A stretch of DNA of 64,000 nucleotides from Elusimicrobiales bacterium (GCA_023701245.1 JAMPXK010000006.1:3152-67151); one strand, 5' to 3'. Positions 32,630-42,049 are shown, counted from the stretch's first letter. Numbers and translations: made by a program. Notes: generated by a model not told the origin, from the letters alone.

Positions 32630-33610
32630 ATGAAAGAGAGGCAACTGGTGGTGGTAGGAGGCGGCCCGGCGGGCATGGCGGCGGCGCTGGCGGCCAGGGA
32701 GGCCGGCGTCGCCGACGTGCTGCTGCTGGAACGCGACCAGCACCTGGGCGGCATCCTTAACCAGTGCATCCATCCCGGTTTCGGGCTGCATCATTTCAAG
32801 GAAGAGCTTACGGGCCCGGAATACGCGGACCGCTTCGCCGCGCGCGTCCTGGCGGATCCCGGTATAGAGGTCCGCCTTAAGTCTTTCGCCGTAAAGCTTA
32901 CCCCGGACCGCCGGATCTCTTTCCTGCGCCCCGGAGCCCTGGAGGAAGTGCAGGCCGGGGCCGTGGTGCTGGCCACCGGCTGCCGGGAACGCACCCGCGA
33001 GATGATCCCCATCCCGGGTACGCGGCCCGCCGGGGTCTACCCCGCCGGCCTCGCCCAGAAGATGGTGAATATGGAAGGCTGGATCCCGGGCCGCGAGGCG
33101 GTCATCGTGGGGTCGGGGGATATCGGCCTTATAATGGCCCGCCGCATGGCGCTGGAAGGCGTCCTGGTGAAGGCCGTCATCGAGATACAGAAGAGCAGCC
33201 GCGGGCTCGTGCGCAACGTCGTGCAGTGCCTGGAAGATTTCGGGATCCCGCTGTATTTCCAGCACCGTATCTCCATGGTACGCGGCCGGGACCGCGTAGA
33301 GAGCGTGGACGTGGTGCGCGTGGACGACGAGTTCAGGGATATCCCCGGCTCGGACTTTTCCCTCTCCTGCGACACGGTCCTGGTCTCCGTCGGCCTGATC
33401 CCGGAGAACGAACTGCTGGAGATGGCCGGGGCCCTGATAGACCGCAAGACCAACACCCCCGTGGCTCCCGACGTGAACCTTACTTCCCTGCCCGGCATCT
33501 TCGCCTGCGGCAACGCCTGCAAGGTCTATGACCTGGCCGACTGGGTCACCCGCGACAGCCAGCTGGCCGGGCGCATGGCCGCCAGATACCTGGGAGTTGC
33601 CGACCTATGA
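32630..33610 (+). CDS. Pyridine nucleotide-disulfide-type FAD/NAD(P) oxidoreductase
   Basis: VVVGGGPAGMAAA and VIVGSGDIGL dinucleotide motifs. Overlaps the DUF1667 gene start by 4 nt. Confidence 0.75.
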   Translation: MKERQLVVVGGGPAGMAAALAAREAGVADVLLLERDQHLGGILNQCIHPGFGLHHFKEELTGPEYADRFAARVLADPGIEVRLKSFAVKLTPDRRISFLRPGALEEVQAGAVVLATGCRERTREMIPIPGTRPAGVYPAGLAQKMVNMEGWIPGREAVIVGSGDIGLIMARRMALEGVLVKAVIEIQKSSRGLVRNVVQCLEDFGIPLYFQHRISMVRGRDRVESVDVVRVDDEFRDIPGSDFSLSCDTVLVSVGLIPENELLEMAGALIDRKTNTPVAPDVNLTSLPGIFACGNACKVYDLADWVTRDSQLAGRMAARYLGVADL

Positions 33611-33969
33611 AACGCAGAATGACCTGCATAGAGTGTCCCCAGGGCTGCAGTCTCGAAGTGGAGGCCGACGGTTCCCGCTTTATCGGCGTCACCGGCTATA
33701 AGTGCCGGCGCGGCGGCGCCTACGCCAGGCAGGAGACCGAAGCTCCACTGCGCACCCTGACCACCTCGGTGCTGACCAGCGGCCTGGAGCTCAAGATGCT
33801 GCCGGTCCGCACTTCCCGGCCCATTCCGAAGGCCAGGCTGTTCGAGGCGATGGCGGCCGTCAAGCTCATCGTAGTGACTTCTCCGGTCAAGGCAGGCGCC
33901 GTTATCGCGCCCGACTTCCTTGGCCTGGGCGTGGACCTTGTGGCCTGCCGCCCCCTGCTTAAAAAATGA
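33607..33969 (+). CDS. DUF1667-domain protein
   Basis: 120 aa. [12 protein letters not shown]...YKCRRG N-terminal Cys pattern typical of DUF1667 partners of GlpA-like flavoproteins. Confidence 0.7.
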   Translation: MKRRMTCIECPQGCSLEVEADGSRFIGVTGYKCRRGGAYARQETEAPLRTLTTSVLTSGLELKMLPVRTSRPIPKARLFEAMAAVKLIVVTSPVKAGAVIAPDFLGLGVDLVACRPLLKK

Positions 33970-34472
33970 GACACCGCCTGGTAATTTTTCTGCTGTCAGG
34001 GTTGGCCGCCTGCGCGCCGGCCCCGGAGGCTCCCATGGACGAAAAACTTAAAAAGCTGACGCCCCTGCAGTACGAGGTGACGCGCAACTGCGGCACGGAG
34101 CCGCCGTTCAAGAACGAATATTGGGATAACCACAGGGCCGGGATCTACGTGGACGTGATCAGCGGCGAGCCGCTCTTCCTGTCCTCGGACAAGTTCGACT
34201 CCGGTTCCGGCTGGCCCAGCTTCACGCGCCCGGTCCCCGGCGCCAAGGTGCAGGAGCGCCGCGACGTCTCGCTGGGAATGGAAAGGACGGAGGTGCGCTC
34301 CGGGTCCAGCGACTCCCACCTGGGTCACGTCTTCCCCGACGGACCCGGCCCCGGCGGGCTGCGCTACTGCGTCAATTCCGCCGCGCTGCGTTTCGTGGCG
34401 CTGGAGGATATGGAGAAAGAAGGCTACGGGCAATACATCCCCCAGGTCAAGGCCGCCAGCCAGGGGAATTAA
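33966..34472 (+). CDS. msrB: Peptide-methionine (R)-S-oxide reductase MsrB, lipoprotein form
   Basis: Lipobox LAAC, GWPSF, HLGHVF and catalytic RYCVNS motifs. The two zinc CxxC pairs are absent. Confidence 0.85.
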   Translation: MRHRLVIFLLSGLAACAPAPEAPMDEKLKKLTPLQYEVTRNCGTEPPFKNEYWDNHRAGIYVDVISGEPLFLSSDKFDSGSGWPSFTRPVPGAKVQERRDVSLGMERTEVRSGSSDSHLGHVFPDGPGPGGLRYCVNSAALRFVALEDMEKEGYGQYIPQVKAASQGN

Positions 34473-34642
34473 GTCTCTTCGCGGAACCAGCTTTCCTTGC
34501 CGTAAAGCTCGTGCATGCAGTCCTTGCAAAGCCCGTGCGTAAAGCGCGCGGCCGAATGCTTTTCCAGGTAAGTCTCCACTTTCTGCCAGAACCCCTTGTC
34601 GTCCAGGACGCTTTTACCTCTGGCGCAGAGTTTCGGCGGTCT
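34469..34642 (-). pseudogene. Remnant of a paralog of the C-terminal Cys/His module of 24995-25684
   Basis: Open frame without a start codon encodes ..[54 protein letters not shown]. By eye about three quarters of nt match 24995-25150. An upstream ATG (34679) is in another frame and stops after 21 codons. Confidence 0.7.
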
Positions 34643-34723
34643 TCAGTTCTGCGGCGGCTGGTTTCTTTGCTTTTCGCATGATCCCCTCCCTGCACGACCA
34701 TTTTATATTGATTGCCCGGGTAT

Positions 34724-34752
34724 TTGACACATGCCGCCATATTTTTTACATT
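34724..34752 (+). promoter_or_regulatory. Candidate promoter for the Ehr-type operon
   Basis: TTGACA (34724-29), 17 nt, TACATT (34747-52), within a local low-GC patch about 80 nt upstream of ATG 34832. Confidence 0.35.
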
Positions 34753-34831
34753 ATTGATACCGCTTGTTTTCCCCGCCACGGGAAACTTCAGCGTCGTTCT
34801 TTCGGCGTGGTCGTCAGGGTCTTTGCTATAA

Positions 34832-36799
34832 ATGCCGCTCTTCCTGCTTTCCTTTCTCCTGCTGCTTTGCGGCGCCGCGCTGCCGCTTTTGCTGTGGCGG
34901 CGCCCGCTCGCGGCCCAGCGCTCCGCGGTCTGCTGCGCCGTGGCCGCTTCCGCGGTGGGTCTGGTTCCCGTCCTGCGCGTGCTCTTTACCGGGGTGCCCG
35001 CTTCCTTTTCCTTCCCCTGGTCCGTCCCCCTGGCCTCTTTCTCGCTGCTGCTGGACCCGCTTTCCGCTCTTTTCGCGGTTCCCCTGCTCCTGCTTACCGG
35101 CCTGGCGGCGGTGTACGGCGCCGGGTATCTGGCGGCCTGCGCGGGCAAAAAACCGCTGGCCCTGGCCTGGGCCGCTTTCAACCTCCTTACCGCCTCCATG
35201 CTGCTGGTTTTTTCGGCGGCTAACGCCGTGCTCTTCCTGCTAGGCTGGGAACTCATGGCGGCGGCTTCCTTTCTCTTGGTGCTTTTCGAGCATGAGCGCG
35301 AGCAGGCCCGCAAAGCCGGCTTTATCTACCTGGCGGCGGGCGGTACCGGCGCCCTGCTGCTGCTGGGCCTTTTTCTGCTCCTGGGAGCGGGCGCGCCCTC
35401 CATGGATTTTTCGGATTTCAGGGTTCCCTCCGGCGGCGCGGCGACGGCCGCTTTTCTGCTTGCCCTCGGTGGCTTCGGCCTTAAGGCCGGCTTCATCCCG
35501 CTCCATGTCTGGCTGCCCGAGGCCCACCCGGCCGCCCCCAGTCATGTTTCGGCGGTAATGAGCGGCATCATGATAAAGACGGGGCTCTATGGCATCATCC
35601 GGGTGCTTGGCCTGCTGAAGCCCTGGCCGGAATGGTGGGGCTGGCTGCTGCTCGGTCTCGGCCTGGTTTCCTGCCTTGGCGGCGCCTTGTTCGCCCTGGC
35701 CCAGCACGAACTCAAACGGGTCCTGGCGTATTCCAGCATAGAGAACGTCGGCATTATCCTGCTGGCGCTCGGCCTCGGCGTGGTTGCGGCGGCCTGCGGC
35801 GCGCATCAACTGGCTTCGCTGGCTTTTGCCGGCGCCCTGCTGCACGTTTTCAACCACGCCCTTTTCAAGGGGCTGCTCTTTATGGGCGCCGGGGCCGTCC
35901 TGCACGGCACTGGTACCGGAGAGTTGGAGGCCCTTGGCGGCCTTTCCAAACGCATGCCCGCGGCCGCGGCTTTCTTCATGGCCGGCTCCGCGGCGGCCTG
36001 CGCGCTGCCCCCCCTAAACGGCTTTGCCGGGGAGTTCCTTGTTTACCTGGGAGCTTTGCGGGCGCTCAATTCCCCGGGGTCCGTCGCGCTGGCCGGCGTG
36101 CTGGCCGGGCTGGCCCTGGCGGCCGCCGGCGCCGTGGCCGCGGCCGCTTTCACCCGGGCCGCGGGTACCGCTTTCCTGGGCGAGCCGCGCACCGAGCGCG
36201 CCGCCGGGGCTCACGCGCCGGGGCCGCTCATGGCCGTTCCCATGTTCCTGCTGGCGCTGCTCTGCCTGCTGTCCGGGCTGGCCGCGCCGCTGCTGCTCGG
36301 CCCTCTTTCCGCAGCCGTAAGCGCGGGGTTCGGAGGTTATTACGGTTTTGCGGCCGGCCTGGAAGCCATGGGCCCGTTCCTGTATATTTCCGCGGCCGCT
36401 CTCTGCCTGCTGGGGCTTATAGCTCTGGCCGCGGCCAAGCGCCGGGCTTTCCTGGGCGGGCGGCAGCCGGCTTCAGGGGTGACCTGGGACTGCGGCTATG
36501 CCGCCCCGACGGCGCGAATGCAGTACGGGGCTTCTTCTTTCGCGCAGCCGCTCACGGATTTCTTCCAGCCGCTCCTGCGTAAACTGGGGCAGTACCCGGT
36601 CATTTCCGAATATTTCCCGGCCAAGGCTTCTTTCTCCACCGAGGCCCAGGCGGTTTTTTATAATTCGGTCTATACCCCCGCCGCGGTGCGCCTGCGCGAC
36701 CTGGCCTACAGGTTCAGCTGGCTGCAGCACGGCCGGTTGCAGCTTTACATCATGTATATCGTCGTCACGCTTATAGGGCTCCTGCTATGGAAATTGTAA
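34832..36799 (+). CDS. NuoL/HyfB-like antiporter-type membrane subunit (EhrA-like)
   Basis: 655 aa, highly hydrophobic. Motifs GWELMAAASFLLV, HVWLPEAHPAAPSHVSA and AYSSIENVG are typical of Mrp/NuoL-type subunits. Confidence 0.8.
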   Translation: MPLFLLSFLLLLCGAALPLLLWRRPLAAQRSAVCCAVAASAVGLVPVLRVLFTGVPASFSFPWSVPLASFSLLLDPLSALFAVPLLLLTGLAAVYGAGYLAACAGKKPLALAWAAFNLLTASMLLVFSAANAVLFLLGWELMAAASFLLVLFEHEREQARKAGFIYLAAGGTGALLLLGLFLLLGAGAPSMDFSDFRVPSGGAATAAFLLALGGFGLKAGFIPLHVWLPEAHPAAPSHVSAVMSGIMIKTGLYGIIRVLGLLKPWPEWWGWLLLGLGLVSCLGGALFALAQHELKRVLAYSSIENVGIILLALGLGVVAAACGAHQLASLAFAGALLHVFNHALFKGLLFMGAGAVLHGTGTGELEALGGLSKRMPAAAAFFMAGSAAACALPPLNGFAGEFLVYLGALRALNSPGSVALAGVLAGLALAAAGAVAAAAFTRAAGTAFLGEPRTERAAGAHAPGPLMAVPMFLLALLCLLSGLAAPLLLGPLSAAVSAGFGGYYGFAAGLEAMGPFLYISAAALCLLGLIALAAAKRRAFLGGRQPASGVTWDCGYAAPTARMQYGASSFAQPLTDFFQPLLRKLGQYPVISEYFPAKASFSTEAQAVFYNSVYTPAAVRLRDLAYRFSWLQHGRLQLYIMYIVVTLIGLLLWKL

Positions 36800-37704
36800 A
36801 GCCCTTCTGCCAGTACCTGGCCGCCATGACGCTGGCGCCGCTCCTGCCCGGCATAGTCAACCGGGTGAAGGCCTTTTTCGCCGGCCGCCGCGGCCAGCCC
36901 GTGCTGCAGCTCTACTTCGATCTCTACAAGCTGCTGAATAAGACGCCGGTCTACAGCCGTACCGCCACCTGGGTCTTCCGCGCCGGGCCGGTGGCGGGCG
37001 TCAGTGCCCTGGTCATGGCCCTCCTCCTGCTGCCTTTCGCCGGCCGCCCCTCCTTCCTCTCTTTCGAAGGCGATTTTATTTTCCTGATCTACCTGCTGGG
37101 CCTGGCCAGGTTCGCCACGGTGCTGGCCGCCCTGGATACCGGGTCCGCTTTCGAAGGGATGGGCGCCAGCCGCGAGATGCAGTTCGCCGTCTTCGCGGAG
37201 CCGGCCTTTTTCCTGGGGCTGGCGGCCCTGGTCAGGGTGAGCGGCCAGACCTCGCTGGCCGGCATCTTCGGCGCGCTTACGCCGGAGACGTGGCGTCAGG
37301 CGGCGCCGGTGCTGGCCTTGCTTACGGCTTCTTTTTTTATAGTCCTCCTGGCCGAGAATTCCAGGGTGCCGGCCGACGACCCCAACACGCACCTGGAACT
37401 TACCATGATACACGAGGTGATGGTGCTGGACCACAGCGGGCCGGACCTGGCCTATATCCTTTACGGGGCGGCCCTGAAACTGTGGCTGTTCGCGGCGCTG
37501 ATAGCCTGCATGGTGCTGCCGCGCCACAGCGGGTCCTGGGCCGCAGACGCGGGGCTGTTCCTGCTGGTCATGGCCGGCGTGGCCGCGGCCGTAGGGATAG
37601 TGGAATCTGTGATGGCCAGGCTGAGGCTGACCAAGGTGCCGTATATGCTGATAACGGCTTTCGCGTTCTCGGCGCTGGCGCTGATCTTCCAGATGGGCAG
37701 ATAA
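36787..37704 (+). CDS. NuoH/HycD-like membrane subunit (EhrB-like)
   Basis: 305 aa. N-terminal RVKAFFAGRRGQPVLQ and PADDPNTHLELTMIHEV resemble formate-hydrogenlyase subunit 4/HyfC. Confidence 0.78.
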   Translation: MEIVKPFCQYLAAMTLAPLLPGIVNRVKAFFAGRRGQPVLQLYFDLYKLLNKTPVYSRTATWVFRAGPVAGVSALVMALLLLPFAGRPSFLSFEGDFIFLIYLLGLARFATVLAALDTGSAFEGMGASREMQFAVFAEPAFFLGLAALVRVSGQTSLAGIFGALTPETWRQAAPVLALLTASFFIVLLAENSRVPADDPNTHLELTMIHEVMVLDHSGPDLAYILYGAALKLWLFAALIACMVLPRHSGSWAADAGLFLLVMAGVAAAVGIVESVMARLRLTKVPYMLITAFAFSALALIFQMGR

Positions 37705-37705
37705 T

Positions 37706-38371
37706 ATGCACACTTTCGCCGAACTCATGATCGTTCTGATAATACTGCTGGACATGGCGCTGGCCGTTACGGGCTCGCTTTCGTCCTGTATCCGCCTTGT
37801 GGCGGCCCAGGGCGTGGTGGCGGGCCTGCTGCCGCTGCTGGCCGCCGGCGGCGCGACGCATACCCGGGCGCTGGTCTTTGCCGCCGTCATCATCACGCTC
37901 AAGGGGGTTGTTTTCCCCTGGCTGCTGCTGCGGGCGAGGGACCGGTCGGGGGCGCGCAAGGACGTGGAGCCCCTGATCAGCTACCCCGCCTCCATTCTGC
38001 TCTGCCTGGGCGCGTTCATAGCCTCGTCCTGGCTGGGCTCGCGCCTGCCGCTGCCCGAAAGCGGCGTGGCGTGGACGGTGCCGGCCTCGCTCGCCACGAT
38101 CTTCACCGGGTTCCTGCTCATCACCACGCGCAGCAAAGCCATAACGCAGGTGCTGGGGTACCTGGTCATAGAGAACGGCATCTACATTTTCGGCCTGGCG
38201 CTGTTCGTGGAGCAGCCCATGCTGGTGGAACTGGCCATCCTGCTCGACGTCTTCGTCGCAGTTTTCGTGATGGGCATAGCCATCTTCCACATCAGCCGCG
38301 AATTCGACCACATAGACACGGCGGAGCTTTCCGAACTGAACGACTGGCGCCGCGGGGAGTACGGCAAATGA
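37706..38371 (+). CDS. HyfE-like small membrane subunit (EhrC-like)
   Basis: 221 aa. VLGYLVIENGIYIFGLAL and LLDVFVAVFVMG are typical of HyfE/hydrogenase-4 component E. Confidence 0.75.
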   Translation: MHTFAELMIVLIILLDMALAVTGSLSSCIRLVAAQGVVAGLLPLLAAGGATHTRALVFAAVIITLKGVVFPWLLLRARDRSGARKDVEPLISYPASILLCLGAFIASSWLGSRLPLPESGVAWTVPASLATIFTGFLLITTRSKAITQVLGYLVIENGIYIFGLALFVEQPMLVELAILLDVFVAVFVMGIAIFHISREFDHIDTAELSELNDWRRGEYGK

Positions 38372-39867
38372 TCCTGCCCCTGCTGCTGCTGCCGTTCTGC
38401 GCCGGGCTGCTGGCCTTTATCGTCCGCGAAGACCGCCTGCGCCGCGGCCTCCTGGTCTGGACCTCGCGGATGCATTTCTTTTTCACCGCGCTCCAGGTCT
38501 GGGGACAGCTCTCAGGCATCCATGGTTTCACGCCGCTCCAGGCCCTGCAGGGCGGCGCCGCGCCAGCCTGGTTCGCTTTCGACGCGCTCGGCCTGTTGTT
38601 CCTGGGTATTACGTCGCTGCTGTTCCTGGGCGCCTCCCATTACGCCTCGTATTACCTGGCGGCCGAGAAGCGCGATCCCGGCGAGGACGCCGAAGGGCTG
38701 TTCGTCTTCAACAACGCGCCGGAGGCGGTGTTCACCGGCTGCCTGCTGCTTTTCCTGGCCGCCATGACGGCGGTCACGGCCAGCCGCCACATGGGCCTGT
38801 TGTGGGCCGCCGTGGAGGCCACCACGCTGCTGAGCGCGCCGCTCATCTATTTCCACCGGCATAAACGTTCGCTGGAGGCCACCTGGAAATACCTGCTGAT
38901 CTGCTCCGTGGGGATAGCGCTGGCCCTTATGGGCAACATGTTCCTGGGGGCCGCCGGCCTGAAGGCCGGCGGAGGCCTGGAGCTGGGAGGCCTGCTGGCC
39001 GGCGCGGGCGGCCTGGACAAGCCGCTGCTCAAGGCGGCGTTCCTGTTCCTGTTCGTGGGCTATGGCACCAAGATGGGCCTCTCCCCCTTCCACACCTGGC
39101 TGCCGGACGCGCACAGCGAGGCGCCGGCGGTGGTTTCCGCGCTGCTTTCAGGCGCCCTGCTCAACTGCGCCTTCCTGGGGATACTTCGCGTCAACTCCGT
39201 CTGTGCCGCGGCCGGGCTGGCTGACTTCACCGGCGGGATACTTGCGCTTTTCGGCTTGTTCTCCGTGGTTACGGCCGCGCTGTTCATGCTGGGGCAGCGG
39301 GACTACAAGCGCATGCTGGCCTACTCCAGCATAGAGCATATGGGCATACTTTCTTTAGGCGCCGGCCTGGGCGGCGCGGCCATGTTCGGCGCCCTGCTGG
39401 GCGCCCTCAGCCATTCCCTGGCCAAGGCGGGGCTCTTCTTCACTTCCGGCAACGTGCTGGCCGCGGAGAAGACCAAGCGCATTTCCGAAGTGCGCGGGCT
39501 CTGGCGGCGGGCGCCTCGCACGGCGGCCCTCTGGCTGGCCGGCTTCTTCCTGATAACCGGCCTGCCCCCTTCCGGCGTCTTTCTCTCCAAGTTCCTCATC
39601 CTGAGGGAAACTTTCGAGCGGGGGCAGTACTGGCTCGCCGGGACTTTGCTGTTCTTCCTCGCGGTGCTGTTCGCGGGGATGGCCAAGGTGTTCATTTCCA
39701 TGGTCTTCGGGCCGCGGGAAGAAAAGGAGGGCGGCAAGCCCTTTACGGAGCCGGGCGCCATGCTGCTGCCGGCGCTGCTTTTCTTCCTGCTGGTGATCGG
39801 CCTGGGGCTCTATCTGCCCGCCTGGCTCGGCGGCCTGCTGGACGCGGCTGCGGGAGGCGGCTTATGA
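38368..39867 (+). CDS. NuoM/N/HyfF-like antiporter-type membrane subunit (EhrD-like)
   Basis: Start ATG 38368 overlaps the upstream stop (ATGA). Motifs PFHTWLPDAHSEAPAVVSALLSG and AYSSIEHMG. The longer ORF-track start (38071) is rejected. Confidence 0.8.
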   Translation: MILPLLLLPFCAGLLAFIVREDRLRRGLLVWTSRMHFFFTALQVWGQLSGIHGFTPLQALQGGAAPAWFAFDALGLLFLGITSLLFLGASHYASYYLAAEKRDPGEDAEGLFVFNNAPEAVFTGCLLLFLAAMTAVTASRHMGLLWAAVEATTLLSAPLIYFHRHKRSLEATWKYLLICSVGIALALMGNMFLGAAGLKAGGGLELGGLLAGAGGLDKPLLKAAFLFLFVGYGTKMGLSPFHTWLPDAHSEAPAVVSALLSGALLNCAFLGILRVNSVCAAAGLADFTGGILALFGLFSVVTAALFMLGQRDYKRMLAYSSIEHMGILSLGAGLGGAAMFGALLGALSHSLAKAGLFFTSGNVLAAEKTKRISEVRGLWRRAPRTAALWLAGFFLITGLPPSGVFLSKFLILRETFERGQYWLAGTLLFFLAVLFAGMAKVFISMVFGPREEKEGGKPFTEPGAMLLPALLFFLLVIGLGLYLPAWLGGLLDAAAGGGL

Positions 39868-41315
39868 GGACCGACCCCCTTTCCGCCTTCAATTTCCCGG
39901 CGTCCGACATGGAGCCGGCGCTGTTCTTCGAGACCGCGGCTTCTCGGCTGGCGGCCGGAGGCAGGACGCTGGCCTATTTCGCCCTGCCGGAGGGCGGCGG
40001 GTTCCGCCTGGTGATGGCGATAGGTTTCGACCGGGAGGGCCGCGTGGAGGTGTATTCCTCGCGGGTTTCCGGACCGTTCAGGGCGCTTACCCCCTCTTTC
40101 CCCCAGCTGCATCTTTTCGAAAGGGAGATCTATGAGCAGTCGGGGCTGAAGCCGGAAGGCCATCCCTGGCTTAAACCGATCCGCTTCAATACCCCGGGCG
40201 CGGTGCCCGGCGTAGCCGACTACTTCACCGTGCACGGCAGCCAGGTGCACGAAGTGGCGGTAGGCCCCGTCCACGCCGGGGTCATAGAGCCGGGGCATTT
40301 CCGTTTCCAGTGCCACGGGGAGCGGGTTTTCCACCTTGAGATCATGCTGGGCTACCAGCACCGGGGCGTTGAAAAACGCCTTTCCTCCGGGCCCGACGCG
40401 CGGGCTATCCATTACGCGGAAACTCTGGCCGGCGACACCACGGCCGGGCACGCCTGGGCTTACTGCGGCGCGCTGGAGGCCCTGTGCGGGGTCAACGTGC
40501 CGCCGCGGGCGCAGGTCCTGCGCGGGATAATGCTGGAACTGGAGCGCCTGGCCAACCATACCGGCGACCTGGGCGCCCTTGCCGGCGACGTGGCCTACCT
40601 GCCCACCGCCTCTTTCTGCGGCCGCCTGCGCGGGGATTTCCTGAACATGACGGCCCTGATCTGCGGCAACCGCTTCGGCCGCAACATGTTCCGCCCTGGC
40701 GGCGTTAATTTCGACCTGGACCCGGCGCTGGTGAAGGAGCTTAAGCTGCGCCTCGCCGCCGCCTTCCGCGACGTGGAGCGGGCCGCGGCCCTGCTCTGGG
40801 ACACCGGGTCCGTGGCCGACAGGTTCGAGGGTACCGGCGTGGTCTCAAAAGAAGCGGCGGAAGGCCTGGGCCTGGTGGGACCGGCCGCGCGCGCCTCCGG
40901 CGTCGGGCTGGATACCCGCCGTAATTTTCCCTACGGGCCTTACGAAGGTTTTACCATGAGCGTTTCCGGCAGCGGGGACGTTTATTCCCGCGCCTATGTG
41001 CGCTGGCTGGAGATACAGAAGTCGGCCGAACTGGCAGCCGCCTGGCTGGAGGCCCTGCCGCAGGGCCCCCTGGCCGCCGACTGCGGAGAGCTCAGGCCCG
41101 ACAGCGGCGCGGTCTCCCTGGTGGAGGGCTGGCGCGGCCAGATCTGCCATTTCGCCCTGACCGGCGCCGACGGGCGGCTGCGGCATTACAAGGTGGCCGA
41201 TCCGTCCTTTCATAACTGGCAGGGGCTGGCGATGGCCCTGCGCGGCGCGGAGATCTCCGATTTCCCGCTCTGCAACAAGAGCTTCAACCTTTCCTACTGC
41301 GGGAGGGATTTGTGA
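39864..41315 (+). CDS. NuoC-NuoD/HycE-like large subunit lacking the [NiFe]-binding cysteines (EhrL-like)
   Basis: NuoC-like part (LFEREIYEQSGLKPEGHPWLKP) fused to a NuoD/HycE-like part (GPVHAGVIEPGHFRF). At the position of the N-terminal CxxC motif it reads LAGDTTAGH. The C-terminus is DFPLCNKSFNLSYCGRDL, not DPCxxCxxR. Confidence 0.8.
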   Translation: MRTDPLSAFNFPASDMEPALFFETAASRLAAGGRTLAYFALPEGGGFRLVMAIGFDREGRVEVYSSRVSGPFRALTPSFPQLHLFEREIYEQSGLKPEGHPWLKPIRFNTPGAVPGVADYFTVHGSQVHEVAVGPVHAGVIEPGHFRFQCHGERVFHLEIMLGYQHRGVEKRLSSGPDARAIHYAETLAGDTTAGHAWAYCGALEALCGVNVPPRAQVLRGIMLELERLANHTGDLGALAGDVAYLPTASFCGRLRGDFLNMTALICGNRFGRNMFRPGGVNFDLDPALVKELKLRLAAAFRDVERAAALLWDTGSVADRFEGTGVVSKEAAEGLGLVGPAARASGVGLDTRRNFPYGPYEGFTMSVSGSGDVYSRAYVRWLEIQKSAELAAAWLEALPQGPLAADCGELRPDSGAVSLVEGWRGQICHFALTGADGRLRHYKVADPSFHNWQGLAMALRGAEISDFPLCNKSFNLSYCGRDL

Positions 41316-42049
41316 TCAAGGCATTGTTCGCCCGCCTCAGGCAGGGCTACCGCACGGCGCCTTTCCCCTCACCGGAGCCGAAGCTGCCCCCGCGCTACCT
41401 GGGCCGCCCGGAACTGAGGTCCCCGAAGCTGGAAAAAGCGGCCGCGGCCTGCCCGTACGGCGCCATCGCCGCCGGAGAGGCGCCTTCGCTGGACCTGGGG
41501 CGCTGCGTTTTCTGCGGGCAATGCGCCGCGGCGGCGCCGGAGGCCGTTGTGTTCACCCGCGACTATAAACTTTGCGCCTCAAACCGCCAGGCGCTCGTTA
41601 TAAGCGGCCGGGACCTGGCCCGCGCGCAGGCGCTGGGCGCCCGGCTGCGCGGCCTGTTCGGGCGCTCGCTGCGCCTGCGCCAGGTGAGCGCCGGCGGCTG
41701 CGGCGCCTGCGAGGCGGACTGCAATGTCCTGGGCACCCTGGCTTTCGATATGGGGCGCTTCGGCATCCAGTTCGTGGCTTCGCCGCGCCACGCCGACGGG
41801 ATCCTGGTGACGGGGCCCGTGACGAAGAACATGGAACTCGCCCTGCGCAAGACTTACGACGCGGTGTCCTCCCCCAAAGTGGTCATAGCCTGCGGCTCCT
41901 GCGCCATCGCCGGCGGGCCTTACGCCGGGCACGAAGAATGCGCGGGCATCCCGGCCGACATCCCCGTGGACCTCTACCTGCCCGGCTGTCCTCCCCACCC
42001 CCTTACCATCCTCGACGGGCTCCTGCGCCTGCTCGGCCGCATAGCTTAG
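41312..42049 (+). CDS. NuoB/HycG-like small subunit with N-terminal one-cluster ferredoxin-like segment (EhrS-like)
   Basis: GGCGACEADC, GSCAIAGGPY and LPGCPPHP are the NuoB [4Fe-4S] ligand motifs. The N-terminal part has ..ACPYGAI.. and CVFCGQCAAAAP. Confidence 0.8.
   Translation: MIKALFARLRQGYRTAPFPSPEPKLPPRYLGRPELRSPKLEKAAAACPYGAIAAGEAPSLDLGRCVFCGQCAAAAPEAVVFTRDYKLCASNRQALVISGRDLARAQALGARLRGLFGRSLRLRQVSAGGCGACEADCNVLGTLAFDMGRFGIQFVASPRHADGILVTGPVTKNMELALRKTYDAVSSPKVVIACGSCAIAGGPYAGHEECAGIPADIPVDLYLPGCPPHPLTILDGLLRLLGRIA

Noticed and set aside
34447-35313. A 288-aa minus-strand ORF rich in S/R/K/A/T that spans the pseudogene region and the start of the Ehr operon, and the small ORF 34614-34679 (MRKAKKPAAAELKTAETLRQR*).
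   Set aside because: The long ORF is antisense to the hydrophobic HyfB-like gene and is low-complexity. The 21-codon ORF looks like the displaced start of the decayed Cys/His-module gene, not an independent gene.
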